Positions 32,601-45,412 of a DNA stretch of 64,000 nt are shown in pieces. The stretch's first letter is position 1. Each line of letters begins with the position of its first letter. The stretch covers positions 2,852,001 through 2,916,000 of the forward strand of contig CM082577.2 of the NCBI GenBank assembly GCA_040954595.2, given 5' to 3'. Under the pieces are notes generated by a model. It saw only the letters and a program-made list of their open reading frames with translations, ran no database searches and was not told where the DNA came from. Made by a program: the position numbers and the translations under genes. Origin of the DNA: Balanoglossus misakiensis (lineage: Eukaryota; Animalia; Hemichordata).

Positions 32601-35573
32601 ATCGTTCATTTGGATAGTAAAAACATTACTCACCAACTTCAGCATTTCCGACAACCAACACGGCATCCGGTATGTCTGATTTTAATGTCAGCAAATCTTT
32701 GAGAGTTGTCGGTCGGATCCAGGTAGTGGATTTGCCAACAAACTTTACGGTTCCTGAACTGTTTTTGTCATTAAGCTATCGGAAAAGAAATAAGCTTACA
32801 CAGCCATTTATTTGAGAAGTATTTTAAATCCTCTAGATTTTAAATGTTAATTGTTATTATGTATGCATGAGTCCGTACATTAGAATCGGCATGTTTTGCA
32901 TTTTATGTGTCATTACCTGCAATTCCGAGGGGAATATTGGTTCTTGGGTCGGATCATAGGGTGCAAAGTCTGACCTTGTAAGACCAGATACCATCTACAG
33001 AAAAAAGTGAATGAAAAAGTACATTTCTTTTTTTCATTTGTGTTTTCCATGAATTTGTTGTTCAAATGTTTGTGGTATCGGAGGCTTACCCCATCGTCTT
33101 CATCTGCGCCGCCATGACAGACAGAAGGGTTTCCACAGCAACCATTCTACACGAAATACAACACATATATGAAAAAATAGTGATGTTTGATTGAGAGTTT
33201 ATCAACTGGCAGGACGTTTTTCGGTATTTCATTTTAGACCGGTGGATCTTGGCTGGGCTTGGTTGTCTATAACCCAAATACAAAAATCTGCTAAGGATAT
33301 CTTTGTAACTCATACCCAGTTTATTACATACTGTGATAGACTGGGTCGTTCTTTTCAACGTTGGCTTACTGGTTATTTCGCTCATCAATACATACGGTTT
33401 GGAACTCCCGCCAAACACTCACCCCGCCGAATGTCTTGAAAGCTTCCAGGATTGGCCGATAGCCAGTGCACCGGCAGAGGTTTCCATGGAGACAAGACTC
33501 GACGTCACCACTGCCTGGCCGCGGGTTGTTGCGCAGCAGTGTGTACATTGACATGATCATTCCGGGCGTGCAGAATCCACACTGCATTCCGTGAGACTTT
33601 GCCAGACGTTCCTGTTCCATGCAACAACGAGGAAATCTGGCTTTAGTCCAGTCAGACTGAAACTCTTCAAATCGGTGTAGGGTACACATTTTGGTGACTG
33701 GTGTTTTAATTTCCTAACTGTGATTTATTTTCTTCTTGTAGCAGTGTGGTTAAGTGGCAAAGCCTATATGGAAAATATATGGGTATAGATTTCTACCACG
33801 TTTAATTAATAATTCCGAAGCTAAATTAACGTTTGATCAATCATGTGCTAACTCCAAAGACAGAACTTTTAGACTGAAGAAAAGTAAACATATCATCTCT
33901 TCAACCTCTCACTAGAGCGAGTTGTCTCCCTTTTTACCCACAATGCAATTATTATGACGTGATTTGACCCCCCAGCACGATGTAAGGTAGCAAGAATCCT
34001 GCTATTACCTGCACAGGGTGCAGCTGAGTTCTGGTTGAGCCAATTCCTTCGACCGTTGTCACAGCCATTCCGTGTACTGCACATACGGATGTGTAGCAGG
34101 CATTGATGGCATGATGACTACATACTAGTCAAGGAGAAAGCCATGTATTAAAAGAAGACAATCACATGCCCGTGTATTGTTAAAATGATGTGCCTTATAT
34201 AGTAATGTAATGTCAGTACCCAACATCTTACTGGTGTCGTGTGTGTGTATCACTAAACTCGTTCAAAAATCGTAAACGGACTTTCCAGGACGTCTTTGCA
34301 CCTATACAAAGAGACTCGGTGATTACTAAGGAAAGTGGTAGCCATTTCAAGGGATACACGATCTTCTTTTGTATGTGGTCGTAGGATGACAACATGACGG
34401 TGCACGCACCGCACCCTCCTTCACCACAGCTGTATTTGGCTCCTTTCAAATATACTGAAACAAAGATGGCGACGTCAAGGAAAACTTTTGGCTCCTTTTC
34501 AAACTGAACATACTGACAACAGAATGAGGATGTCAAAGGAGAAATATGAGTTATTGAGAATGCCAATGTGTGTTTATATTATGGACACGAACAAAGGATA
34601 CGCTTTCCTCTTAGGTACGATAACAATGTCGTATCAGGATCGACATGGCCGTCAACAACCTGTCGGAAAAAGTTTATTTATTAATTGATTGATTTATTGT
34701 ATTTGTTTGTTGATTTATTTAGTTCCTATATCAGGTGTCTTTAATGCAATTCTTTGTCGTGTACAGCTTTTAGCTAAAAACCCAACTCTCTGCTGGGTAA
34801 ATAATCAAAATGTTCATAGATGGACTCATTTATGCTGTCTTGATCAGCAGATTGGAAAATATCCATTTTCTCGTTGTTAATGCCATTAGCGTGGTGTTTG
34901 TGTTTTCTGGTTTTCCCGGCGTATGTGGACGACAGACTGTGTTATTGGCCGCTTTACATTGCTTTACGAGAGCACGGAGTTCGTGTTTGCGACGTGTTTG
35001 TGATATTATTGGCTGTCTTATGTTATCATCACTATAAACATAGTCAACTTCAACGAGAACACGAATTCATATAGCGAAAATGCATGGAAAGTTGACGATT
35101 GGACTGACCCAAGTAAAAAAAGCATTGTGGGTTCTCTGATCCAGTTGAACATTTTCCCACTAAAGACACCTTAAATTATTTCAAAATTTATCCAAATCGC
35201 ATTCAATATGAAAGCATGGGCACCACTACGCCCGTTTTACTTAAAATTTTGCCCCCCGCAGTACACGTGACATTTTACAAACATTTAAGTAGTGAACTGT
35301 GAAATCAGGTCAAATGGTGACCCGGTATACGGTAGACGCGGGGGTGAAGATCCCAAAACATAACCTGGAAGAGTTGTACTTTCTATTCTTTGACAAAATT
35401 GCTCAAATTCATACCCCGCCAAAGGAAATGTGTAAGGGGCGGCACATGTGTGTGTGTAAATATATATAGGCCTAGCCCTAAAGGCGTCGATCACGAACCT
35501 TTTTTCCGTTGACGTAGAAAACCAGTGCGTCCCTGGTCGTCTGCTGAACGCCAGAGTGAACAGAGCAAGCCAT
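23628..35573 (-). CDS. Xanthine dehydrogenase/aldehyde oxidase family molybdo-flavoenzyme (2x[2Fe-2S], FAD and Moco domains), ~30 exons
   Basis: ATG at 35573, LVFYVNGKK. Fe-S motifs [22 protein letters not shown] and [15 protein letters not shown] domain motifs [14 protein letters not shown] and FFPAYRKT. Moco domain motifs [49 protein letters not shown] and SAK|SVGESP. Last exon [14 protein letters not shown] stops at 23628. XDH versus AOX orthology cannot be resolved by eye. Confidence 0.93.
24002..24080. repeat. (GA)n/(GACA)n compound microsatellite in an XDH/AOX intron
   Basis: gagagagagagaaagagagagggagagg...gacagacagac. Confidence 0.85.
28430..28520. repeat. Dispersed repeat family C, copy 1
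   Basis: tctttttccgatctccaacacagactttggtggtggccatcttg...actgccttatggcattg matches the reverse complement of ~57785-57870. Confidence 0.75.
34118..34357 (-). other. U12-type (minor spliceosome) GT-AG intron 3 of the XDH/AOX gene
   Basis: Donor GTATCCCTT. Branch site CTCCTTGAC ~10 nt before the AG, with no polypyrimidine tract. Confidence 0.85.
34455..34601 (-). other. U12-type GT-AG intron 2 of the XDH/AOX gene
   Basis: Donor GTATCCTTT. Branch site TTCCTTGAC ~19 nt before the AG. Flanking exons are 58 and 97 nt. Confidence 0.9.
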
Positions 35574-35764
35574 GGTTCCCGGTGCCTGTTGTGGGGGTGG
35601 TTGCCGTGTTCCAAGCTCCAGTCGGGGGTACACGTCTATCCGACAGGCGCAACACCGGAACGTATGAGCCCAGCAGTGGGGAAAAGGCAACGGTAGACGA
35701 AGCCCGTCACGGTGACCCTGAAAACCGCGCAGAACTCTCACCTTAAGGTACTTAGTGCTAGATT

Positions 35765-35966
35765 AGGGACCGTCGCATATTGCCGCATATGTCCAAAAAC
35801 ACCGAAATTCCCCGCGTGGATTATACCCCCTTCCCCAAACAGCACCAAAATAAGTGCGAAAGCAAAGTTCACCGTAACTGAAGTCAAAACAGTCTCCCCA
35901 AACAAAAATAAAATCGCTGTTAACTTTGAACTCGTGAGACAATTCAAATGATTTGAGACGGTCCCT
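35765..35966. mobile_element. Possible ~200-bp MITE upstream of the XDH/AOX start
   Basis: 10-bp terminal inverted repeat AGGGACCGTC...GACGGTCCCT. No second copy in the window and no clear target-site duplication. Confidence 0.4.
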
Positions 35967-36424
35967 CACAGAATGACACAGCCCAGCTTTGCATTATCAA
36001 TCAAGAGGAAATAACCATGGTGACGAGAATGTTTTACGAATTAAGGTCACAATATATAATGAGATAAAACACAACCGTTATTATACATATAAGATAGGTA
36101 CATACACGCGCTTATATGTACATTAAAGCCACTAGTATCCGCAATTACAGGCGTGGGCAACTTGTCATTTTGATAGTGTGACGTGGAAGAGAAGGTTCAC
36201 ATACTGTTCCGATATGAAGCTAGCCATTTATCGCCACCCTTTTTTTATTTAATAGTCAGTTCTTATTGGTGGACATTCAGGTTATTTTTCATAGCTGTCG
36301 TCTGTAAAGCATGTCTCTGCACTAAGCATGGCAGTTTTTTTTCAATGTGACGTTCTCATCTGATCGCTTTGTGAAACATCGCCTCGAAAACCAAAGTCTA
36401 AAACTTTTTCTCATATTTTGCCCG

Positions 36425-36585
36425 CTCAAGGCAACTTTAGATTATATATTCCCATTCAAAATTCAGAATAAAAATTGGGAGTCACCATGCAAAGTGTTGA
36501 ATGAGTGAGCTAAATTGCTGCAAATTTGAAATTCAAAATGGCCGTCAATCCCTGTGTTAACTCTATGGAGAAAAATTTAAGCATG
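36425..36585. repeat. Dispersed repeat family B, copy 2
   Basis: ctcaaggcaactttag...aattcagaataaaaattggg...caaaatggccgtcaatccctgtgttaactctatggagaaaaatttaa. Confidence 0.7.
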
Positions 36586-37054
36586 ATTTTTTTTATTAAA
36601 GCGTGACGGTGACGAGAAATCCCATGTCTTCTTCCTCGCTTTCAAAAGAACCCTCACAAACTTCAACATAGCAAAGATTTGGAAAGTTTTGAGGGTCGCC
36701 TACAGATTTTTTCTTCGTAACATATATATCCCGATTTATGATATTATCATTACTATAGTATCTCCCCAGTCGAATATACATGTGCAATGCCATCTGTTCA
36801 AAGCAAGGTTATTCTGTGAAATCGACGTCACGACGCTTCAAGTTGAACTCAGTTCCAATCACGTACCAATTTATATTTGTCCCTAAATAGCAGGGCCTAC
36901 ACTCCGAAACCGGTCATTTGAACTCCGACGAGATTTCGACACGTATCCTAACAATGTCCGAAACTGTCCGTCAGTGAAATCGCTGTACTCGCAGACCGTG
37001 GATCATCTGCAAAAAAACCCGGCCCAAACCGGTCTCATCAAGAGACACAGTCCT

Positions 37055-37486
37055 TCACTCCTCTGTGACATTCGTACTGGCGGTACACGACACTGTCTGC
37101 GGCCTCTGTTGTCTCCGCTTTCGGGCCCGCCAGCAAAGGAAGGCTGTGCCGAAAATCACCACCAGGACGGCTCCCAGAATGCACATAGCTACGCCAGCTG
37201 ACATGAACGCCTTCGAGCTGCCTGCTAGGTGTTTGCCAATATGCGGGGCGACGATGAAAGAAGCGACGCCGAATAGGGTGATCACTATGACGACCACCAA
37301 AAACACCATGATCCACAATCGAGTGAACAGCTTTCGCGCCTTAGACTTGCCCGATGTATGAGTCTTCACGCCAATACTGACGATTACGCCCTCTGTCGAC
37401 GATTCTTTGATTCCCCGCGAGTAAGTAACCGTCAGAGGGTCGCTCGCACGATCTGCAACGCCAGACTTATCTTGTCCACCGCTCAT
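37055..37486 (-). CDS. Uncharacterised 143-aa protein with two predicted transmembrane helices (single coding exon)
   Basis: ATG at 37486, just after an acceptor (cctctacag, ~37521). Hydrophobic segments LWIMVFLVVVIVITLFGVASFIVA and AFMSAGVAMCILGAVLVVIFGTAFLCW are flanked by basic clusters KSKARK and RARKRR. The region is more GC-rich than its flanks. Confidence 0.7.
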   Translation of the reverse strand: MSGGQDKSGVADRASDPLTVTYSRGIKESSTEGVIVSIGVKTHTSGKSKARKLFTRLWIMVFLVVVIVITLFGVASFIVAPHIGKHLAGSSKAFMSAGVAMCILGAVLVVIFGTAFLCWRARKRRQQRPQTVSCTASTNVTEE

Positions 37487-38903
37487 TGTTAGTGTTAGTC
37501 GGTGTGTGAATAACCCAGCACTGTAGAGGAGAACCCTAAGAAAAGGGAAACATGAACGATTCGTTAGTAACCTAAAATCAACCCATGTGCGGCAATGATG
37601 ATAGAGAGAATCGTTGAATTGATGTACACACCCTTGATATGATTCATGGCAAAATGGCAAAGGTAAAGGTACAGAAAGAAATACGCGTTGTGCAGTCGAT
37701 AGCGCCGGTAGACGTACAAGGAAATAGATCTAGAACGTTTCATGCATTATTCGTCTTTTCCACTTCATTTCCCATTAGCAAGCATATGTCATACGTGACG
37801 TCAGCGAGGTTAAACAGTGAACTCTATATACGTACGGCACGATGGCAGCTATCGGACGGGGTCATTGCAAATGCTGAGCACGTTCGGACAATGATGGCTT
37901 CTGCTGCAGGACACGTTGATTAAACGTGATCGTCACTCAGGAGGTGCCCGTGTCTTCTGTGCTAATATTACAAATTATATATCCACGCATATTTTAGGAC
38001 GCACGCGCACACAAAGACACGTCCCTCGCTAGAGACTAAAAGCAACGAAGGTAATCTTTATTTTCAAGGCTGGCCCCCTACACAAGATGCATGTACATAT
38101 AGTCTTCTTGAAATAAAAGGGCGGCCTGTCAGAGAGCGGCAATGTAGTTCACAATCTCGAATAATATGAAACAGACTGCGCGCCATACAGAAATACGCTA
38201 TCAAAGCATCTCTGCACTGCATTGTGCCGAACCTATAGATGGCTGTATTTTAACACAGACTTACCTCTGACTACTCCGAGTTGTACGGACGTGAAATGAA
38301 TTGAAGCTTTAAGAATTTCAGGCAGCTACAGTTCCAAGCGATAAACTGCTCTACACAAACAACCTCGTATTGCTGCGGGCGAAGAACCGAGATGTAAGCT
38401 TATGCATGAGCTATATATATGCTACGTCACATATATTTGGGCTGGAAATGTATTGCCATGGTAACCGGGGCTCCTACAAGTGAATTATGGGGGAAATGCC
38501 CTTATTCCGTATGCCCTTATTTCTATTTTAATAAAGATTTCTATATGATTCACTTTTGTGAATGTGTGTGTCTGTGTGGTTGCCTTTTCCGACGCTGTGT
38601 ACACATATTCTCTCCAAAGTGCTAACCTATGTCATACACGTCATTCAGAATGTTTGGCCGAATTCGATTGCAACCGTAGCCGAGTAGCGACCCGAGTAGC
38701 TGGCGCTGACGTCATCCCCGGTTCTAGTTAGCATGCGCATGGTGGCTGAGTTCGAAGATTTCTTGTTTTTGCGTTATTTTTTTTTTGAGGATTTTGATGA
38801 ATCTTTAGATTCTGCGGCAGTTTTGCAACTTCGGATAAATACTGCCATCATTGTCTCTATGATCTGTTTATTTTTGCGTCGAAAATATGCTCCGAAGATA
38901 GAA

Positions 38904-38931
38904 GATGATGATTGATGATGATGATGATGAT
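38904..38931. repeat. (GAT)n microsatellite
   Basis: gatgatgattgatgatgatgatgatgat. Confidence 0.8.
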
Positions 38932-39229
38932 TCTCTTTATGTAGTGGGGCACCGGGTATGGCAAGGGTCGAACATAATCTACTGATTTATCGTTTTTAGC
39001 ACAGACATATACTGTCTATGTTTCTAACCACCTTACAATTATAATAGAATGCTAACATAGCATATTTACAAACGCCTGTGTAGCATACGCCCTTTGCGAC
39101 TGATCGCACGACCAGATGCCTTTGTTTGACTTTACGCGAGTCGCCGCACAGCCGGACGCAGTGACCCTTTTTTGGCACCATTGGCACTATTAAATAGATA
39201 CCCTTTGGGACCATTGTGTAGGCGGTGTT

Positions 39230-39548
39230 TTTTCGCTTGAAGGTGTTGACTGATTTTGCATTCACAACAGTTGCGGGCAAGCTGTTCCATTTGTCCACAA
39301 TCCTTGACGCGAAGAAGTCAATTCCCTTGTGTTCGTTCTGCTTTATGTGATGTCTTCGTGTTATGGATGATGAGGTTGGTTAGTGTTGTCATACTGAGCT
39401 GTTCGCAGCTTTGTTAATCTCTATCATGTCTCCTATGGTTCTTCTATGATCTAGGCGTGTTAATCCTAGCTGCTCTCGCCTCTGCTGGTAATTTAAGTTC
39501 CGCAGTTCTGGGATCAGGTTGTTAGCGCGTCGCTGTTTTTTCTAATTA
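39230..39548 (-). mobile_element. Degenerate 3' fragment of a CR1-like LINE ORF2 (post-RT region)
   Basis: Minus-strand translation QRRANNLIPELRNLNYQQRREQLGLTRLDHRRTIGDMIEINK...FFASRIVDKWNSLPATVVNAKSVNTFK resembles the CR1-clade C-terminal consensus. It is frameshifted. Confidence 0.85.
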
Positions 39549-42500
39549 CTGCTTGGTACTGTTATATAGTAGTAGAAGTAATTTTAGTAGTCATTTTAAA
39601 TAAAATACGGCATAAGCTGTGTTTCTATGGCTGTCACCCCGGGGGTGTCACGTTCATGCACTCGGCTGTGACTGAAGCTAAATATTTAGTATACGATAGA
39701 ACGGCCACAGTTTTTTTATTACCGATCAAACACTCTGCTATATATCAGTGTTAACCATGTATATGACTCGTAATTTTTTTCACATTTTCATCCGGTCGCG
39801 TGTGACCTTGTCAACGTACTACAGTTTCTACAATATGTCAGTGTTAATCTCACTTGTGACTTTTCAAACGAAGACCTGGTATGGCTCCTATACTACCTTG
39901 TCCTGTGCGGTACATGTCCATGGTAATTTTGAGAACTAAAGAAATGGTCAAAGGTCACCATGCAGTTTACACAGGCTTGTTTTCTGTGGCCTATAAATTC
40001 TCAAAGTGCGAAAAGCCATATCGCACAGACATTGTTATTTAAAACACAGAAAGTCACTCTTTGTCCCGTATACAATGTCACGGCCCACAAATGCAAATGT
40101 GTGTCCGGCTGTATATCTCAAGATATGCTGACCGTATTTCAACCATGTTTTGACGGATAGATGCTGGACAGGTTTACCTTATCGTAAATTGACATAAATC
40201 TAATTAGGTTTGTTGGGCACAGCGTGCCATGCTAATGAAATTATCAAATATACCTTTGTTTTTCTGAAATATGGCTCGTGCTGCCAATGCATGGAAAGTA
40301 CATTCTTGGCATGAACACAGAATTACCGCATCGACTTCGGCGAAACTTACTGCAGGTGTCAATCTCGCATGATTTTGTTCAAATGTTACATGCGTGTCAT
40401 GTCAATTGTCTGCTTAATAGTTAGTCATTTAGTGGCACATTTCCGACACTCAGTGATGCACCAGTGTAAACGTGATCGAATTTTTTGCTACAAATGCTGA
40501 CAGCCATATGAAAAGCAGTGATCATGAAAAGTCTGAATGCACTGTCGTGGAAAAAACAGTGAAAAATCCGATATGGGTTGTCGTCAAGGTTAGGCGATTG
40601 TAGTGGAGGCTGAAGTCATGTGTCGTGTTCGGATGACTATTCATAAATAGGGACGTGAAACGTTATGCTTCGTGAGCATGAATTATTTGTATTTGTTGAC
40701 TGGGCCCTCACCCAAATGCATACATCATGTGCGGAAAGACGATTGCCCAATGGACGCAGACCGAACAAAGGTGCTATAAAAGCGCATTTCTCTCTGCCAA
40801 GAGAAACAAAGTCGCCTTGTTCGGGGGAGTATCCAGGGCTCTTGCGTGTAAGAGCATTAATTTGAACAGTTTAAAGGGTGAGTATTGTTAAGTTATTGCC
40901 GTCAGTGCGCGGTCACCATGAACGTTTTTTTTTCGACCAAGATTCACTGGTCGTGTGATTATTTTGTTATAAATTTCCTCGGCCCCAAATATAGGTTTCT
41001 TTACATAGCTGAGTACCGTAAATGTCACGGTCGGGCCCAACATTGTGTTCCAGCAGCGATGAAGATATACAGTATAGCATGCATATACTTTAACGTGAGG
41101 CTAATTAGTGCACAACGAACTTTAATTTCTGAAAGTCTGGAAGACCGGATCTACTCAGTATCAACGGTTCACGTTATATTCTCGTTATAATGTGTATAGA
41201 ACCTGGATTTTTGTGGCACGGATGCATATGGTAAACGTCGCGAAATGCAAAGTGAGAAAAAAGCATAAAATTCACAACTCTACGCAAAATGTAATTGCAA
41301 TATCTCCGAAGCATACCGTAAGTTAAGAGGCCATGTCATTCAAAAATCGAATCTTGCTTTTATCGGCCCAGTCTGAGAAAGTCAGAAAAATTCAGCAAAA
41401 CGATTTTGGAAAGTAGCTACTTAGGCCTAAGTTGCTTGTGTACAAAAATTGGCGGACTCGCGTACACCTTTCGAATTGTGTTTAAATTATAGGGTGTGCC
41501 CATATTCCGGATTTGACGCCAAAACAGACGAGGCGCAGTGACAGGCGCGGGCGACGCTGACACTAAATGTCATTGACCAGATCAAGATCGAGGTGAAGGC
41601 AAAGTCTGACGTACAGACTAGCTCACTAGTCCCTTGGTGATTTTTGAAATCTCAATACTTTGTTTGTGTTTCCGGTGATCTTTTTTGTCTTTTTAAATAC
41701 TCCAAATACGTTTTGCGTGCGTGCTTGCTTTGAGCGCGTTTCTGGTTCAGAGTTGAGTTTCGAATTTGGGGCTGAGCTCATGGTTTCAGTTAGCGTCGAC
41801 CAAGGGCCTACATGTTCCCTAGTCATACGCGCTCACACTCGCTGCCTTTTTCTCCACACACGCTACAAAGAGAAACTAGGAGCAAAATTTTCTAAAGTGT
41901 ATTTGTTATGAAATAATGAAGCGTTCCGGATCCGCGTTGATAGAAAGATTGATTATTCGGCAAAACGGGGAAAACAAAACCTCTCTGTGAAGTTGTGGCT
42001 TTATTTCACGGAGTGTCCTCAGGCTGATTTTAAGGGCCTCTATTTGTAGCGCCTGGCTATTTTCTTCGGTATTTTTTTGTGTATCAACTACATTGTCATG
42101 TTCACCTCTCTAAAGGATCCCAAAACGCGCCGGTACTTGTAATGTGCACCGTGCACTGCTATATTAATTTGACGAACGCATTCAAGTCCGGACTGAATAC
42201 AACAACAACACTGTCGATTGTGCTTTCAGGGGCTGTATGTTGAGAAGAATAACATTCCTCATTTATCCCTGCCTCAGGGAGCCGAACAGGAAGCCGTTAT
42301 TTGTACACAGCCTACAAAAACTGAGAAATATAGCCAGCCGCAGGGAAACGCCGACGAAATTTTTGGGTAGTGTCATTGAGACAACTATGCATGGTATTTT
42401 AGTCGTGCAGGTGTTTTCTTGTAGACTTCGCGTTGCATGCGCTGAATTCTTCGTATTTTGGAGTAGAACAAGAAATTTCATTTTGTACACAGAACTAAAA

Positions 42501-42746
42501 TATTGAAAACAAAGCCAGAAGTTACAGCTAATATCCCGAAAATTAGAGTGAGGGTATATGGAGATGTCTTTGCGTTTCTTGTACATGTACATGTTGCGTT
42601 GTCATTGTGCATTAATTTAAAACTGAACCGATTACAAAATCACGTATGACAGACGACCTTTCACCTTCATATATACCTGTGTGTATCACAGGTTTCACTC
42701 CTAGTTTGTATAGAACACATCAAGCCGGTGAAGAAACAAAGAGAAA

Positions 42747-45373
42747 ATGGACAACAAATGCTTCCAGATTGACTTGGATGCCGTAGACCGCGAAGCTATT
42801 CCTGCTACGGAGGAAAGTGACGGCGTGGAAAGAAGACACAGGCGTAACTTCCCACAAGAGGAGCGTGACACGCCGGACGCAGGCCTAAACGATTTAAAAT
42901 ATGCCATTGACGACAAACCACCGTGGTACGCCTCTATGGTATTTGGCCTACAGGTATGTACTAGTTTTTACTTAAAACATTCAATCTGATCTATTGCCGT
43001 TCAACATACTTTGCCAAGATCAATGTTTGTCGCAAGATTTATTCATGCCATCGGCATTATATTTTTAATTGCACCATGCTCTTATTGGTACAGACACACG
43101 CGTTCGCACAGATATGCTACCGGTACACAATATTATTATTATTACGAAGACAGTGTAGCGTACAGTCCTTGTGCATTGAAGGTTAATTTTGGTAAAATGA
43201 TGTATTTCAAAGACCATACAAGCCATGGACCAGTTTTTCATGCTGTCTGTCCGGCGTGTATGCATTTTCGCCAAATCATATAGAGGTAGGCAAAGCTACA
43301 AAGCACTGGTAGTGTGTGCACATAAGTATGCTTAATTATGTTTTACCATACGGTGCAACCACGGTCTATTCTTGGTCTGAAACGAAGCTTACAATGCATT
43401 TTAGTACCCGTACTAATTCCATATGTCGTTTACTACATGTACTGTATTTCAAACTAAAGACATGCATTAAAGTGATCTTTTCGTGTTCTTTGTTTTCAGC
43501 ACCAGCTGGCGATGATGAGCAGTTCTATATTCTTCCCTTTCATTCTGGCCAATGCATTCTGTGTCCCGGAACACGAAAAGGGCCGGTTTATTGCCCATCT
43601 GTTCAGCGCTATTGTCCTGACAGAATCTGTCGGAACGTTCTTGCAGAGCACCTTTGGAACCAGGTTTGTATGCAGAATATATGGATGCTATATTTTACGT
43701 CGTCGTCCCAACATAACAACAATCGTTGACACGACCCTTGTGTTTGGTTAATACCGAACTCAACAAATTTAGGTTTGATTTATTGGAGGAGAACTGGTTC
43801 ATGCACGCGTCAATGGCAAACACGAGTCAGCGTTTTGTAAATCAATCTGGAAAATGTTTCTTTGCAACATTACTCTTCAACATATGCACATTGTCTTAGC
43901 TGTATGAGCCTCCGCCCGGTTGGATGTCGGCGCGCACTGTTTCAACGGTCTGAAGACTGCAGTAAAAGTTGTTGTGCGCATATTCCTTTTTTCCCCCAGA
44001 TTGCCAATAGTTCAAGGCATTGCATTTTCCTTCTTCACACCTGCAAGTGTTATACTGGCAACGGAACCATGGAAGTGTTCTGATACAGAATTAGGTATAC
44101 TTTATTGTTTAATATTTTAAGTGAAATTATTTAGCTATTTTTCCAGTATCTTTGTTTCATGAACCAACTGCTTTTTCCTGTTCTCCCTATGGCATATCCC
44201 AACACGCCCAATTATACAATAACCTAAAATACTATGTTCTTTATCTCCCTGTACACTTGATTGTATCACCATATTTTGACCCTATGCGGGTGTGTTAACC
44301 AAACATATAAACATCACCACGTGTTGATTTAGAGATACAAGCGAACAACACCGGGAATGCAAGTGATATTACGTATCTGGACAGGATGCGAGAGGTAAGC
44401 TATTTCTCGTACAGCCCACACACACATCAGAGTGGGGATATGTGACTGTTCCTGCCACAATGCTAGTGTACACATCCGCCATACTAACCTGTCTGGCGGT
44501 CTGCCCGTATCAATTTTGCTTTGTTCTGTTAATATTTCAAAACTTCTCAGTCATGTGCAAGTCGTTGCCACAGAATAAGGCTTATCAAGTATTTGGTACA
44601 AGCAGCACTAGCGTGCATTGTGGAGGGTATTTGAATCGCGCCCATTGAAAAAGAATGAACCGACATGTCTAGATCGGAGGCACCAGACATTATATGAATG
44701 TATCTTTTCTTCAGATTCAAGGTGCAACAATGGTCGCAGCATGTTTCCAGTTTCTACTTGGAGTATCTGGACTGATCAGTCTGATAATTCGACATATCGG
44801 ACCGCTGACTGTCGCTCCCACCATAACGATCATCGGCTACTCGATCCACACCATTGCTTTATCGAACTCAAGAAATCACTGGGGAATCGCATTCATGTAC
44901 GTTCACTGTTATTTCCTAAGATTTTTCTCAAGATGCTACCTGCCAACTGTCTAATGCCGTGTATTTATTGTGTATAAATCATACGTCAATCGACCGGGAG
45001 CTTCAAGGGGGTAGGGAGAAGTATAGTATGTATGTGTTGGATTGTGAATGTGCAATTTGATGCCGCGAGTACGGATCACGAATAGTCTAATAACATTGTT
45101 TCAAAAATTTTAATTTGGTGAAGTACTTCACGTCACGGGGGTGCCACCTCCAAAGGAATTCGATAAAAATTCCCATCTATACATAGAAAATGACACCTCG
45201 TCTATCAACTTATCTCATGCTCTTCGCTTTCAGGTCGATGGCGTTAACGATAATTTTCTCCCTATATCTAAACAAAGTCAAAGTGCCTTACCCTTGGTAC
45301 AATTTCAAGAAGAAGAAGTGTTTCATCGATGGCGCCAGGGTTTTTGCGCTTTTTCCCGTGAGTACAACATTTA

Positions 45374-45412
<39 letters not shown>

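Noticed and set aside
35285-35400. Possible exon 2 of XDH/AOX after the acceptor-like ttccag at ~35365
   Set aside because: The true homologous exon ([19 protein letters not shown]) is at 34602-34659.
23628-35573. XDH/AOX as a pseudogene, given its motif divergence and fragmentary ORFs
   Set aside because: The exons I translated join in frame with valid splice sites, and the Fe-S cysteines, catalytic Glu and U12 signals are retained. Not every exon was checked.
38640-38931. CpG-rich segment ending in (GAT)n, a possible SINE or ncRNA
   Set aside because: No convincing Pol III A/B boxes, tRNA fold or second copy in the window.
39600-42700. Many 60-110 aa ORFs upstream of SLC23
   Set aside because: No motifs, no consistent splice structure and intergenic composition. 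The region may contain unrecognised repeats.
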